Shown: positions 24,115 through 34,013, counted from the first letter of the whole stretch. The stretch: 62,763 bases of DNA, filler included, from 6 parts of 6 records of this genome joined end to end with filler, not necessarily neighbours in it; one strand, 5' to 3'. The notes: a model not told the origin generated them from the sequence alone. Made by a program: numbers and translations.

Positions 24115-24690
24115 TTATGCTGCTACGACCGGCAGGCCGCGGTCATAGCTCCCAGCCATTGCGGCAGTTGGCATCGCAGGCACTTTATCGGCAGGTATAA
24201 TTTTACCGACACCCGGCAACGAAGGCAGCGCTGTGTTTTGCCGCACCAAAAGGCGCCGAGCATCTTTACCGCCGGGCAAGGTAATGTAGTTTGGCAGCAC
24301 ACTCTTGAAGCCGAAGCGACAGTAATAATCGATATCGCCCACAAGTAGAATACGGCGATGCCCGGCCGTCGACGCAGCCTCAAGCGAACGGTTCATCAAC
24401 TGGCTACCGATGCCATACTTCTGCATGGAAGGAGCAACAGCAAGCGGCCCAAGTAGCAGAGCACCTTCGCTGGCGCCCCGCAACAGGTCTTTGATGAGCA
24501 CTGGCCAGAAGCGTACCGTGCCAACAATACGACCTTCCGCGCGAGCTACATGCGAGAGCGACGCAACCGGCGCAACTGTTTCCCTGAGGCTATAAGAAGA
24601 TTTGTTGAACCGGTCCGGTCCAAAAGCCGCATCGAGGAGCGCTTCAATCTGCACTCCATCAAAGGGCCGTTCTTGATCAAAATTGATCAT
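24115..24690 (-). CDS. GNAT N-acetyltransferase (YhbS-like)
   Basis: AAFGPDRF.KSSYSLRE, LLLGPLAV, GIG..LM, LVGD..YY.RFGF. Confidence 0.9.
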   Translation of the reverse strand: MINFDQERPFDGVQIEALLDAAFGPDRFNKSSYSLRETVAPVASLSHVARAEGRIVGTVRFWPVLIKDLLRGASEGALLLGPLAVAPSMQKYGIGSQLMNRSLEAASTAGHRRILLVGDIDYYCRFGFKSVLPNYITLPGGKDARRLLVRQNTALPSLPGVGKIIPADKVPAMPTAAMAGSYDRGLPVVAA

Positions 24691-24748
24691 CGGCTTTTCC
24701 CATATCAGCGGTGCAAAACGCACCAAGAGCATCACAACAGGTTTAAGA

Positions 24749-24817
24749 TCAGGATCTTACGTGTCGTCGCATTCGGCTATGCCGGTTGATATGAGTGGTC
24801 TTTACCATGGCTTCCAT
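24749..24817 (-). CDS. Putative leader peptide MEAMVKTTHINRHSRMRRHVRS (alternative start 24808)
   Basis: Short ORF ending 58 nt before the GNAT start; Arg codons CGG, CGA, CGA-CGA, AGA; below the ORF-track cutoff. Confidence 0.55.
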   Translation of the reverse strand: MEAMVKTTHINRHSRMRRHVRS

Positions 24818-24935
24818 GACAGTTTTGTGTTCAAGAAGTTGCGTATTTATAATTACTTACAACCAACTTCAAGTGACATTTTCTTTCGGCATTCATCACC
24901 CTGGGTTTTGAATTAATACATCATCAAACCCTGAT

Positions 24936-24972
24936 AAAAAGAGGCGGTAGCCCGGGGAGAGCTACCGCCTTT
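24936..24972 (-). terminator. Intrinsic terminator after the porin gene
   Basis: AGGCGGTAGC/GCTACCGCCT stem followed by a U-tract on the minus strand. Confidence 0.8.
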
Positions 24973-24994
24973 ATCGCTTGCACCCGAACAGGGA

Positions 24995-26293
24995 TTACCA
25001 GTCGATCTGGAACCTCAGTGTCAGAGCATCAGCGTCGTTCTCACCGTCCGCGCCGTTCGCGGTCACGTTGAAAGCCTTGTCAATCGTCATATGAGCATAA
25101 TTGGCAGTGAAGCGTGTGTGTCGGTTCAGGTACCAGTTCACTCCTAAAAGGTAAGTATCTTGCTCACCTCCGTACACACCGTCCCCCGTCAGGTCGATCC
25201 GGTCAAAGCGCGCTGCAATCTGCCAGGCACCCATGCCGCCCTTATGGACAGGGTTATTCACTTTGGGGCGATCCCATGCGCCTTTAGCAAGGTTGAGAGT
25301 TTTCGTTTCGCCTGTAATAAACCAACCAGCTTCAACATACCCACCCCAGAGAGTGGCGTTGCCGCCACCCACGGCGGCGTCTTTGGCCGTCAGATTCGCC
25401 CATTCAGATGCAACGTGAAATGCGCCATATTGCATCGCGCCTTCCAGAACAAACAGCGTGTCATCACCCGTAATTGTACCAGTGTCTACAAGTCGGCCAG
25501 CAAGGTGTGAGTGCGTGCGTTGGCGGTATCGGTATGCGCCATCACCGGCATCTTGCACACGAGCAGACGCACCCAATAGCCATTTACCATCTTCAAATTC
25601 CTGACCATAAGTCGCGCGGCCCGCAAAGAGGTAACCCTCATCCTCAAACCCAGCGTCATTTTTCCCGCGGAAAGCCCCGAGGTTTAAGGTCCATGTGTCT
25701 CCACCGTTTTTGTAGCCAATACCGATATTGCGCCCCAGGCCAAAGGCGTCCGTGAAGGATGCGCGTTCCATAAATGTAACGTGGCGGCTAGAGGTCATCT
25801 CCTCTAGCGACACGGGAGGTTTATAATGACCAAACTTCCATGTGCCTGTGGAGGTCTTATATTCAATGATCGCGTCGGCGAGGCTAACTTCGTTTCCCGC
25901 AAACTCAGCCTCAATGACATATTTAACGTCTTTCCAAGCCTTACCTTCAACACCGATACGCGCTGCACGCATTTCGGTGGCCTTGACATTCATACTGTCG
26001 TCGCCGTCGGTCACCCATCCTGCATCAGCCATGATCCGGCCCCGCAGGTTAACCTCAAAAAGACCATCGTCCGTTGCGAGACCAAAGGCAGGTTCTTCCT
26101 TCGAAATTTTCGGGCGCTTGGTCTCCACCTTATCAGCTGCCGCCTGCTTTGCTTCCAGTTCCTCAATACGCTTGGCGAGCGATGCAAGTTGTTGCTTCAG
26201 CTCGTCGATTGATTGTGCGCCAACTGGCTGTGCCAGAGCTGCAGTGATTGCTGTTGCGCCAAGCAACACGGACAGTCTTTTCCGGTTCATCAT
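24995..26293 (-). CDS. OprO/OprP-family phosphate-selective porin
   Basis: Signal peptide plus coiled coil; RAARIGVEG, SLEEMTSS...TFMERA, GAWQIAARFD, GVNWYLN; C-terminal Trp. Confidence 0.88.
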   Translation of the reverse strand: MMNRKRLSVLLGATAITAALAQPVGAQSIDELKQQLASLAKRIEELEAKQAAADKVETKRPKISKEEPAFGLATDDGLFEVNLRGRIMADAGWVTDGDDSMNVKATEMRAARIGVEGKAWKDVKYVIEAEFAGNEVSLADAIIEYKTSTGTWKFGHYKPPVSLEEMTSSRHVTFMERASFTDAFGLGRNIGIGYKNGGDTWTLNLGAFRGKNDAGFEDEGYLFAGRATYGQEFEDGKWLLGASARVQDAGDGAYRYRQRTHSHLAGRLVDTGTITGDDTLFVLEGAMQYGAFHVASEWANLTAKDAAVGGGNATLWGGYVEAGWFITGETKTLNLAKGAWDRPKVNNPVHKGGMGAWQIAARFDRIDLTGDGVYGGEQDTYLLGVNWYLNRHTRFTANYAHMTIDKAFNVTANGADGENDADALTLRFQIDW

Positions 26294-26573
26294 CTTCTGG
26301 TCCTATTCCTTCTTTGGCAACGATAAGCACCCAACTGCTTACCGCACTGTCAGATCGCAAATTACCCTATTCACGATGACCGTTTCTGGTCTCGCGGGAG
26401 AAATTCGCGTTATGTGTCGAAGCGCATTGATGTCTATTTGTGTTTAAGATTTATGACATTTGTTACGATATCGCGACATTTTAGGTAATGCTTTGATTTT
26501 AAATGAGTTCCAAAGCATCACTTATAATTTTTCGGCATCATTTTATCATGAAACCAGCCATTCAACCTCAAAT

Positions 26574-26602
26574 ATGACAGGCGAATCACAAAAAAATCAT
26601 AA
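26574..26602 (-). promoter_or_regulatory. Pho-box-like 11-bp periodic direct repeats
   Basis: Minus strand TTATGAT-N4-TTGTGAT-N4-CTGTCAT upstream of the porin gene. Confidence 0.45.
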
Positions 26603-26649
26603 AACAGAAACTCTTCTGACCCGCGATTTGACGACAATTGTTGTCGTGA

Positions 26650-28701
26650 TCAGATGGTACGAACATCTGAGAGGAATTTATCCACTTCGCGCTTGATGCT
26701 TGCGGCCAGCAGCTCCAGCTGTTCTGCCGCAGACATGACATCTGCTGACGCAGCCCCTGTCTTCTCAGCACCAGTCGCTACCTCATGAATTTCCGCCGTT
26801 ACGCGCTGAGTACCCTCAGATGTGAACTGAACGCTTCTGCTAATCTCATTGGTTGTCGCCTGTTGTTCTTCCACAGCGGATGAAACATTGAGCATAACAT
26901 TGTTAAGACGCTCATTTGCTTCTCCAATGGTGTGAATAACACCCACAGCAACCTGTGTGACGTCCTGCATATCGCCGATTTGCGAGGTAATCTGCTCTGT
27001 CGCCCTTGCGGTTTGGTTCGCCAGGCTCTTAACCTCACTCGCGACAACAGCAAAGCCTTTACCAGCCTCACCGGCCCTAGCGGCCTCAATGGTAGCATTG
27101 AGAGCAAGCAAGTTAGTCTGCTCTGCAATATCATTGATCAGTTTGACAACGTCTTCAATCTGACGGGAACTGTCAGACAGCTTACCAATTGCTTTTCCGC
27201 CCTCATCCGAGGCTGCAACCGCTTCTCGGGAAATTGCGTTCGCATTTTGCATCTGCTGGTTCACCTCTGCGATAGAGGCTGCGAACTCCTCGATTGCTGC
27301 AGCCATTGCAGAGACATTGTCCTGCATCTGTGTAGACGCCTCGGTAACCGACATCACCTGCCGACCAGTAGTGTCGGCTACGTCAACCATCTCGCCCGCC
27401 GTGTCACGCATGCGAACAGAAGCTGTATCCAGATTTTCGACAGCATCGCCAATCGTGCTATCGAACGTACCGACAAGAACATTCATACGCTCCGAACGTT
27501 CTTCGCGCCTGCGGGTTGCCGCCCGTTCAGCCTCAACTTTTTCCCGCTCTTCCGCTGCACGACGCTCTGCTTCCTCACGGTCCCGTTCTGCCTGCTGCTC
27601 AGCCTGCACCCTTGCATCGGCCTCAAGACGCACACGCTCCGCCGCGCTATCTCGTAGCTTTTCGGCGGTACGCGCCATGCTACCCAGTTCGTCACGGTAA
27701 CTTGTCCCGGGTACATTGGTCTTAAAATCACCACCCGCTATGCCACCAAGAGCGGCCTCCAAGGCTTTAACCGGACCAACCGTGGTACGTACCACTGCCC
27801 ACGCTACGCATATTGCCAGGGCAATAATAACGACTGAAATAACCACAAGACTGGTGAACGCGCTGGACCGAGCGGCAGCAGCTTTCTCAGAGTAGCGAAC
27901 TTGTTCGTCACTCGCGATTTTCGCAACAACTTCAAAGGGCTGATCTGTCCGGGCGTAGATATCACTCAGAAGTTTGAGGGACCGCGCATTCGCTTCTCTG
28001 GTTTGCGCGTATGCTTTAAAACTCGCCACATATGTACTAAGCTTGTCAAGAATGTCACTCTTCACGTCGTCACCAAACCTGATACTCGCAAGCCGGGTTC
28101 TGAACTCTGTATCTCTTGCATCAATGCGGTCCACATATTTGGGATCGGCCCGCATGATGAAATCCTTCTCATGACGCCGCATCATCAGCATCAGAATTTC
28201 AAGCTTATCGTCCGTATGCTCTTCAAGAGTTTCCTCAATTGAATGCACCGCCGCGCGCAACTCGCCTTGCCGACCTGAAGTTTCGTCAAGACCTATTTGC
28301 ACATACCCTGCCACAACTGTTTTGAACTGTTGGCCGTGTTCCAGCAATATCTTGCTGAGTTGATCGGCAGAGGTTTGCAAACGCTTGTTTGGGCTCATTG
28401 TTTTCAGCTCAGCCAGTGTAGCCCGCGCTGCATTCATGGCAGTTTGATATCTGTCCGCATAGGATAGGTCGAGCCTCAGGAGAAAATCTTTCTCATTCCT
28501 CCTGATTTCGAGGGACTGACGCTCCAATTCTTTTTCAAGAATACTGACTCTACTATATCTATCAGCATCCTCTTGTGCGCTATTGATCACGCTGGAAAAG
28601 CTCAAATAGGAAAAGAGTATTGCGAGCAACCCCAATACGGCGACACCTGCCAGCAAAAATACTCGCACAGAAATTGAACGGTTCTGAAGCCAACTGAGCA
28701 T
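26650..28701 (-). CDS. Methyl-accepting chemotaxis protein
   Basis: Two TM helices flanking a periplasmic helical domain, [34 protein letters not shown]; start placed at MLSW after GAAGGA. Confidence 0.95.
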   Translation of the reverse strand: MLSWLQNRSISVRVFLLAGVAVLGLLAILFSYLSFSSVINSAQEDADRYSRVSILEKELERQSLEIRRNEKDFLLRLDLSYADRYQTAMNAARATLAELKTMSPNKRLQTSADQLSKILLEHGQQFKTVVAGYVQIGLDETSGRQGELRAAVHSIEETLEEHTDDKLEILMLMMRRHEKDFIMRADPKYVDRIDARDTEFRTRLASIRFGDDVKSDILDKLSTYVASFKAYAQTREANARSLKLLSDIYARTDQPFEVVAKIASDEQVRYSEKAAAARSSAFTSLVVISVVIIALAICVAWAVVRTTVGPVKALEAALGGIAGGDFKTNVPGTSYRDELGSMARTAEKLRDSAAERVRLEADARVQAEQQAERDREEAERRAAEEREKVEAERAATRRREERSERMNVLVGTFDSTIGDAVENLDTASVRMRDTAGEMVDVADTTGRQVMSVTEASTQMQDNVSAMAAAIEEFAASIAEVNQQMQNANAISREAVAASDEGGKAIGKLSDSSRQIEDVVKLINDIAEQTNLLALNATIEAARAGEAGKGFAVVASEVKSLANQTARATEQITSQIGDMQDVTQVAVGVIHTIGEANERLNNVMLNVSSAVEEQQATTNEISRSVQFTSEGTQRVTAEIHEVATGAEKTGAASADVMSAAEQLELLAASIKREVDKFLSDVRTI

Positions 28702-29140
28702 AGAAATTCCTTCCATCCACCAAGATGCCCCCACAGCATATGATCATTGTTCCGCTATATCCCGACAGGACAGGCTGGTTGGTCTGCAGTCTTATACATT
28801 GAGAAACTAACTAACATCCCAATGCAGGTCCTGCTCTGGCCCCAGCTGTCCCCTCGTCCCTCGACGAGCGATGTGTCAAGTATCTAGCTGGCAAGGGTTA
28901 ATTTTTGGGTAATGCTACGGCTGAGTGAAAAATTTCATAAAAATGTAACAATGATAGACAGATGGTTAATACGCTCTCATTAAGGGTATTTAATAAACAA
29001 TAAGGTGTTTTGATTTCACACTCAAACTGTCACGCGTTATATTTACGCTGCCTTTATAAATCCAATTAAACTCTCGCACTGTTTTTAGATGCGAATTGCA
29101 TGAAACTTCCTTCATAAGCAATAGAGGGTCGGAGGTTAAA

Positions 29141-29497
29141 ATGAACAGTCAGGCAATTTCCGCTACAGCACTAACAGGCAAATCCGTTGTTGGGACCTGT
29201 GGCGAACCACTTGGGACAATCGAAGATATCATTATCAATGCGGATGCAGGCCAGGTAACGCATGTTATTGTACGCACTGGTGGCTTGATGGGCTCTACTT
29301 TGGGGGCGCATCATCATGCACTACCCTTTTCCGCCTTGATACCATGCACTGATGGATCGAGGTTCCGCCTGGACCTCTCTGAAACGGAGCTTGAGCGCCT
29401 GCCAGAGATTATCGATGGTGATTATACGAGCCTCAGCGACCCTTTAAGTCAAAGAGCTGTGCACTATCTACTGGGCATGGAACGTTCAACGCCCTAG
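29141..29497 (+). CDS. PRC-barrel domain protein
   Basis: SATALTGKSV...GE.LGTIEDIII...GQV; GGAGG RBS. Confidence 0.85.
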   Translation: MNSQAISATALTGKSVVGTCGEPLGTIEDIIINADAGQVTHVIVRTGGLMGSTLGAHHHALPFSALIPCTDGSRFRLDLSETELERLPEIIDGDYTSLSDPLSQRAVHYLLGMERSTP

Positions 29498-29558
29498 GAA
29501 AAATTTCGGAACAGGTCCACTATCATCAGCTATTACGTGACGCTGAAAGGAAAACTCT

Positions 29559-29717
29559 ATGGATATCATCCGCATTATTATCGCAATATTGCTTCCGCCC
29601 CTTGGGGTGTTTCTTCAGGTAGGAATTGGTGCCCAGTTTTGGCTAAATATTCTGCTGACCATTCTAGGGTACTTCCCCGGCATCATCCACGCAGTTTACA
29701 TCATCGCAAAACGGTAG
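29559..29717 (+). CDS. Pmp3/YqaE family small membrane protein (52 aa, absent from the ORF track)
   Basis: MDIIRIIIAILLPPLGVFLQVGIGAQFWLNILLTILGYFPGIIHAVYIIAKR; AAGGA RBS. Confidence 0.93.
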   Translation: MDIIRIIIAILLPPLGVFLQVGIGAQFWLNILLTILGYFPGIIHAVYIIAKR

Positions 29718-29741
29718 TCGACGCATCGGCCAGCCTTAGGC

Positions 29742-29785
29742 AAAGAAAAACCTCCCGAAGATTGCTCCTCGGGAGGTTTCTTTTT
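29742..29785. terminator. Bidirectional intrinsic terminator (Pmp3 gene / groEL)
   Basis: A-tract, ACCTCCCGA/TCGGGAGGT stem, T-tract. Confidence 0.82.
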
Positions 29786-29802
29786 CTGCAGAGAAGCGCG
29801 GC

Positions 29803-29829
29803 TTAGAAGCCCATGCCGCCCATGCCGCC
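29803..29829 (-). CDS. groEL: Chaperonin GroEL, C-terminal fragment only
   Basis: Minus strand reads GGMGGMGF-stop followed by a strong terminator; truncated by the linker. Confidence 0.75.
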   Translation of the reverse strand, partial: GGMGGMGF

Positions 29830-29929
29830 NNNNNNNNNNNNNNNNNNNNNNNNNNNNNNNNNNNNNNNNNNNNTTAATTAATTAANNNNNNNNNNNNNNN
29901 NNNNNNNNNNNNNNNNNNNNNNNNNNNNN
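29830..29929. other. Artificial contig linker
   Basis: 44 N + TTAATTAATTAA (stops in all six frames) + 44 N. Confidence 0.98.
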
Positions 29930-30078
29930 GCGATCGCCTTGCCGCCGGCAACGGTACCTGCGGTCTCAACCTCGAAGCCGCGTTTTTCCATCGCCTTGGC
30001 CAGCCGGCGCAGAAACGGTTCGTCGTCGTCCACCAACAGCAAGCTGCGATCAGGCCCCAGATTGGATAGGTCTTGCAT
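29930..30078 (-). CDS. regA: RegA/PrrA response regulator, N-terminal fragment
   Basis: DRSLLLVDDDEPFLRRLAKAMEKRGF; downstream of senC. Confidence 0.92.
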
Positions 30079-30142
30079 CATCATCCCCACGCGGCAGTTT
30101 CAACGCTTTGCAAGGGCACTATGAAGGCCCTGACCGCTGCGG

Positions 30143-30760
30143 TCAATTTGGCTGCTTGTCGATGAAACAGCCGATCTTATCAGCCATGTCTGCGGGTGTT
30201 GTTTCGCGGCGGTAGAAATCAACAACGTCGTTTCCCGGCATCACCAGATAGCTGAACGTCGAATGATCCACGAGGTATTCGCCGTCTGTTGGCGGATGCG
30301 CCTTGTAATAGGTGCGGTACGCTTGGCTGGCGGCTTTGACCTGCTCGGGCGAGCCGGTCAGCCCGACCATTCGGGGGTGCATATTGGCCGCGAAATCGCC
30401 CACGACTTCGGGCGTATCACGCGCCGGGTCGACCGTGATGAAAACCGGTACAACGCTTTGGCCGCGCTCTTCGAGTATCTCAACGGCGGCGGCGTTGCGG
30501 TCGACGTCCAGCGGGCAGACATCGGGGCAATAGGTATATCCAAAGTAGATCAGGGCAGGTTCGGTGATCACATCGGTGTCAGTGACGGTTTTGCCCTCGC
30601 TGTTGACCAGTTCAAACGGCCCGCCCAGATCACCGGCCACTGTGCCAGAGCGGCATTGGGCAAACTGATCCGCATCGGAGACCCGCGTTGTAACCCAAAG
30701 CGTCGCACCAAGAAAAACTGCCGCGACGGCCAGAGCGGAAAGGGAGATTACACGGTTCAT
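30143..30760 (-). CDS. senC: SCO1/SenC/PrrC copper chaperone
   Basis: YFGYTYCPDVCP, ITVDPARD, YLVDHS; lies between regB and regA. Confidence 0.95.
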   Translation of the reverse strand: MNRVISLSALAVAAVFLGATLWVTTRVSDADQFAQCRSGTVAGDLGGPFELVNSEGKTVTDTDVITEPALIYFGYTYCPDVCPLDVDRNAAAVEILEERGQSVVPVFITVDPARDTPEVVGDFAANMHPRMVGLTGSPEQVKAASQAYRTYYKAHPPTDGEYLVDHSTFSYLVMPGNDVVDFYRRETTPADMADKIGCFIDKQPN

Positions 30761-30859
30761 CTTGTTCTCCTGCGCCAATTGGGCACCTTGATCAGTTCTG
30801 GGTGCAGACCTACGCTACAGCTTCTGACATGCAACACCGAATAAACAAAAGGTGCGCTG

Positions 30860-32245
30860 ATGACGCAGGCCAACATCCTTCCTTTGTCCGGGCCTTTGTC
30901 CGGGCGCACGCGTGCGAACTGGATACGTTTGCGTACCATGATTGTCCTGCGATGGGTGGCCATCACGGGACAACTGGCGGCAATCACTGTGGCACAGGCC
31001 ATGTTCGGCCTGCAACTGGCGCTCAGCCTGTGTTATTTTGCTGTTGGCGTGTCGATCATCGGCAACCTGATCGCGACATTCATATTTCCCGAAAACAAGC
31101 GCCTCAGCGAGCGGGAAAATCTGGGCATGATCATGTTCGATCTGCTGCAGATCGCTTTCCTGCTGTACCTGACCGGCGGGTTGAACAACCCATTTTCACT
31201 GCTGCTGCTTGGTCCTGTGACCATCTCTGCCACCACGCTCAGCCTGCGCTCCACCGTTTTGTTGTGTACCACGGCCATCGTCCTTGTCTCGATCCTTGCG
31301 CTCAGCCATGTGCCGCTTGTGAACAGCGAAGGTGAAATCCTGCGGATCCCGGCTCTGTTCAACTTTGGCCAATGGACGGCGCTGGTCATCGCGATCATAT
31401 TCACCAGCGCCTATTCGCGCCGTGTCACGACCGAGGTGCATTCGATGGGCGATGCGCTGGCCGCGACCCAGATGGCGCTGGCCCGCGAACAGAAACTGAC
31501 CGACCTTGGCGGCGTTGTCGCCGCAGCGGCGCATGAACTGGGGACACCGCTGGCAACGATTAAACTGGCAAGCGCAGAGCTGCTGAACGATCTCCAGGAT
31601 CAACCGGACCTTGCGGAAGATGCCGCACTGATCCGCGACCAGGCGGATCGCTGCCGGGACATCCTGCGCGACATGGGCCGCGCCGGAAAAGACGACCTGC
31701 ACCTGCGGCAGGCCCCCTTTGAGGCGGTTGTGGCCGAGGCCGCGGAACCGCATGTGGGCAGAGGCATCAATGTCGAACGCAAACATGCCCCCCGTCATTC
31801 GGATGCAAAGGACCAGCCTGCCATCCTGCGCAAACCCGAGATCGTTCATGGGTTGCGCAACCTGATCCAGAATGGCGTGGATTTTGCACGCAGCTCGGTC
31901 TGGATTGAAACGGATTGGACGGACCAGACGATCTCGGTCCGGATCATCGACGACGGGCCGGGATTTCCCGCTGACGTGATCGGCCGGATCGGCGACCCGT
32001 TTGTCCGGCAGCGCAAGTTCAGCCAGATCATGGGCGCAAGACCTGAATACGAGGGAATGGGGCTTGGGCTTTTCATAGCAAAGACGCTGCTTGAAAGATC
32101 AGGCGCACAACTGCGCTTTGCGAATGGATCGGAACATCCGCAAAGCGGTGCAGTTGTCGAAGTCATCTGGCCGCGCGAAATGCTTGAGCCGCAGACCAGG
32201 GCAACAAGTGGCCCGCTTGGCGCAAATCAACGAATTATTGCGTAG
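30860..32245 (+). CDS. regB: RegB/PrrB redox sensor kinase
   Basis: GGLNNPF quinone-binding motif, AAHELGTPL H-box, redox Cys in RCRDIL. Confidence 0.96.
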   Translation: MTQANILPLSGPLSGRTRANWIRLRTMIVLRWVAITGQLAAITVAQAMFGLQLALSLCYFAVGVSIIGNLIATFIFPENKRLSERENLGMIMFDLLQIAFLLYLTGGLNNPFSLLLLGPVTISATTLSLRSTVLLCTTAIVLVSILALSHVPLVNSEGEILRIPALFNFGQWTALVIAIIFTSAYSRRVTTEVHSMGDALAATQMALAREQKLTDLGGVVAAAAHELGTPLATIKLASAELLNDLQDQPDLAEDAALIRDQADRCRDILRDMGRAGKDDLHLRQAPFEAVVAEAAEPHVGRGINVERKHAPRHSDAKDQPAILRKPEIVHGLRNLIQNGVDFARSSVWIETDWTDQTISVRIIDDGPGFPADVIGRIGDPFVRQRKFSQIMGARPEYEGMGLGLFIAKTLLERSGAQLRFANGSEHPQSGAVVEVIWPREMLEPQTRATSGPLGANQRIIA

Positions 32246-32285
32246 ACGCACAGGTTACCGCCGCAAGTGGAAGGAAATGGTGGTT

Positions 32286-32302
32286 GTTAACGTGGTGTTA
32301 AC
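32286..32302. promoter_or_regulatory. CtrA binding site
   Basis: GTTAACGTGGTGTTAAC gives a full TTAA-N7-TTAAC on both strands. Confidence 0.8.
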
Positions 32303-32353
32303 CAATTCGGTCAAAGATCACTTGTTGCATCTCTGATCAGTTAGGAACCCGCC

Positions 32354-33829
32354 CTGTTAACTCCGCCAGAAATCCTTCTAGTCGTCCTTATCGCCGTCGC
32401 TGCCGCATTGGCGGCTGTGACGTACCTGCTCCGGCGGCCGGAACCCGCGTTTCAGTACGAGATGGCAGATGCCGAACCTGTGGCGCTGCTTTTTGATGAT
32501 GGTGTCTTGCATCATGCCACGACGCCCGCGCTGCAGCGATTTTCGCTCTTGCCCGGTGCGCATCTGTGGGATGACCTTCGTGAAGCGTTGAAAGACAGCT
32601 TTCCCGATTTTCCGACTTGCCCCGGACCCGGTGAACACGGTGCGCTCACACTTCAGGCCAAGACCGCCAATGATCCGCAGGAGATCGAGATTTCATGGTG
32701 GGGATCGCTTTGCTGGGTAACATGCCTGGATCACCAGTATCGCGACCGGGATCACGCCAGCGCCAGCGCGGCACAACGAGCTTGCGATGCCTCACCGCAC
32801 CCCATCTGGCAGACGGACCGCGACGGAACGGTCATCTGGCGGAACAACCGATACCTGACCCTGTTCGAACAACTGCACGGACGCCGACCGCAATCCGATG
32901 AATGCCTGTTTGAACAGGCAATGACCGCCCGAAATGGACGAACTTCGCTGACATCCAGAAACGGCGGTGATCCCGATTGGTTCGAAATTTCCACTCGTGA
33001 GGTGAACGGGGTGACTGTTCACCATGCAACATGCATCAGCGGCCTGGTCAAAGCGGAAGACTCCCTGCGCACATTCGTCCAAACCCTTACCAAGACATTC
33101 GCGCATTTGCGGATCGGACTGGCCATTTTCAACCGCGAAGACCAACTTGTACTATTCAACCCGGCACTGCTGGAACTATCAGGCGTGCCAGCCGAATTTC
33201 TAAGCGCCAGACCCAACATGCTGTCCTTCTTCGACCAGCTCCGCGAGAACAGGCGCATGCCGGAGCCAAAGAACTACGGAAGCTGGCGTCAGCAGATTGC
33301 CGATCTGGCCAGTGCTGCCGCAGACGGGCGCTACCGTGAAACCTGGTCGCTGGAAGATGGCCGCACCTATGCCGTTCAGGGCCGCCCCCACCCCGAAGGC
33401 GCAACAGTTTTCCTGTTCGAGGATATCAGCGCAGAGGTCAGTCTGACACGCAACTTTCGCGCCGAGCTTGAGCTGAGCCAATACTTGCTGGACAAGGTCG
33501 AAGACTGCCTTGTCGTTTTTTCACCCTCCGGCGTGCTGACGTTCTGCAATTCGGCCTACAGGGATTTATGGCAGCAGAACCCTGACGCTGCATTTGCCGA
33601 CATCACGGTATCTGACTGTCTCGATGTTTGGCGCAGCAAGGCAAAGGCTGACGTGCCGTGGCGGGATTTTCTGAAAGTCTCTTGCGGGTACAGCAACCGG
33701 CAGTCGCTGACGACAAGGGTCACCATGGACAATGGGCAACTGATGACCTGCGTTGCCGAAACCATCGCATCGGGCGCGACCCTGATCTGCTTCAAGACCC
33801 TTGAGGAGGTTGCCGCCGAAGCCCATTGA
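32354..33829 (+). CDS. divL: DivL-like PAS-domain protein lacking a kinase domain (probable CTG start)
   Basis: PAS_7-type repeats (FVQTLTKTFAHL.IGLAIF, LRENRRMPEPKNY, W.L.DGRT); regB-PAS-tsaE gene order of Rhodobacteraceae; the ORF track starts it at TTG 32408. Confidence 0.75.
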   Translation: MLTPPEILLVVLIAVAAALAAVTYLLRRPEPAFQYEMADAEPVALLFDDGVLHHATTPALQRFSLLPGAHLWDDLREALKDSFPDFPTCPGPGEHGALTLQAKTANDPQEIEISWWGSLCWVTCLDHQYRDRDHASASAAQRACDASPHPIWQTDRDGTVIWRNNRYLTLFEQLHGRRPQSDECLFEQAMTARNGRTSLTSRNGGDPDWFEISTREVNGVTVHHATCISGLVKAEDSLRTFVQTLTKTFAHLRIGLAIFNREDQLVLFNPALLELSGVPAEFLSARPNMLSFFDQLRENRRMPEPKNYGSWRQQIADLASAAADGRYRETWSLEDGRTYAVQGRPHPEGATVFLFEDISAEVSLTRNFRAELELSQYLLDKVEDCLVVFSPSGVLTFCNSAYRDLWQQNPDAAFADITVSDCLDVWRSKAKADVPWRDFLKVSCGYSNRQSLTTRVTMDNGQLMTCVAETIASGATLICFKTLEEVAAEAH

Positions 33830-33877
33830 GGTCGTATTTTGCCTTGCAGCCTTCTGAACCACGGGTATGCATGGGCT

Positions 33878-34013
33878 ATGACAACCCTTTCCCGCAGCCT
33901 TTGCTTTTCAGATGCTGAACAGACCGCCATCTATGCCACGCGTCTTGCCCGGCATCTGGGGTCCGGCGACGTGATCCTGCTGTCCGGCGACGTGGGGGCG
34001 GGCAAGACCCACT
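33878..34013 (+). CDS. tsaE: tRNA t6A biosynthesis ATPase TsaE, N-terminal fragment
   Basis: GDVILLSGDVGAGKTH. Confidence 0.9.

Noticed and set aside
29508-29535. EcfG general-stress promoter before the Pmp3 gene
   Set aside because: GGAAC is present but there is no CGTT -10 element at 16-17 nt spacing.
29537-29806. 89-aa ORF from the track
   Set aside because: It overlaps the true Pmp3-family gene in another frame and runs through a terminator.
29874-29885. Recurrent TTAATTAATTAA as a biological repeat or att site
   Set aside because: Always centred in N runs of fixed length; it is a six-frame-stop assembly spacer.
14664-32245. petABC and regA-senC-regB as one respiratory supercluster
   Set aside because: They lie on different contigs separated by a linker and probably come from different organisms.
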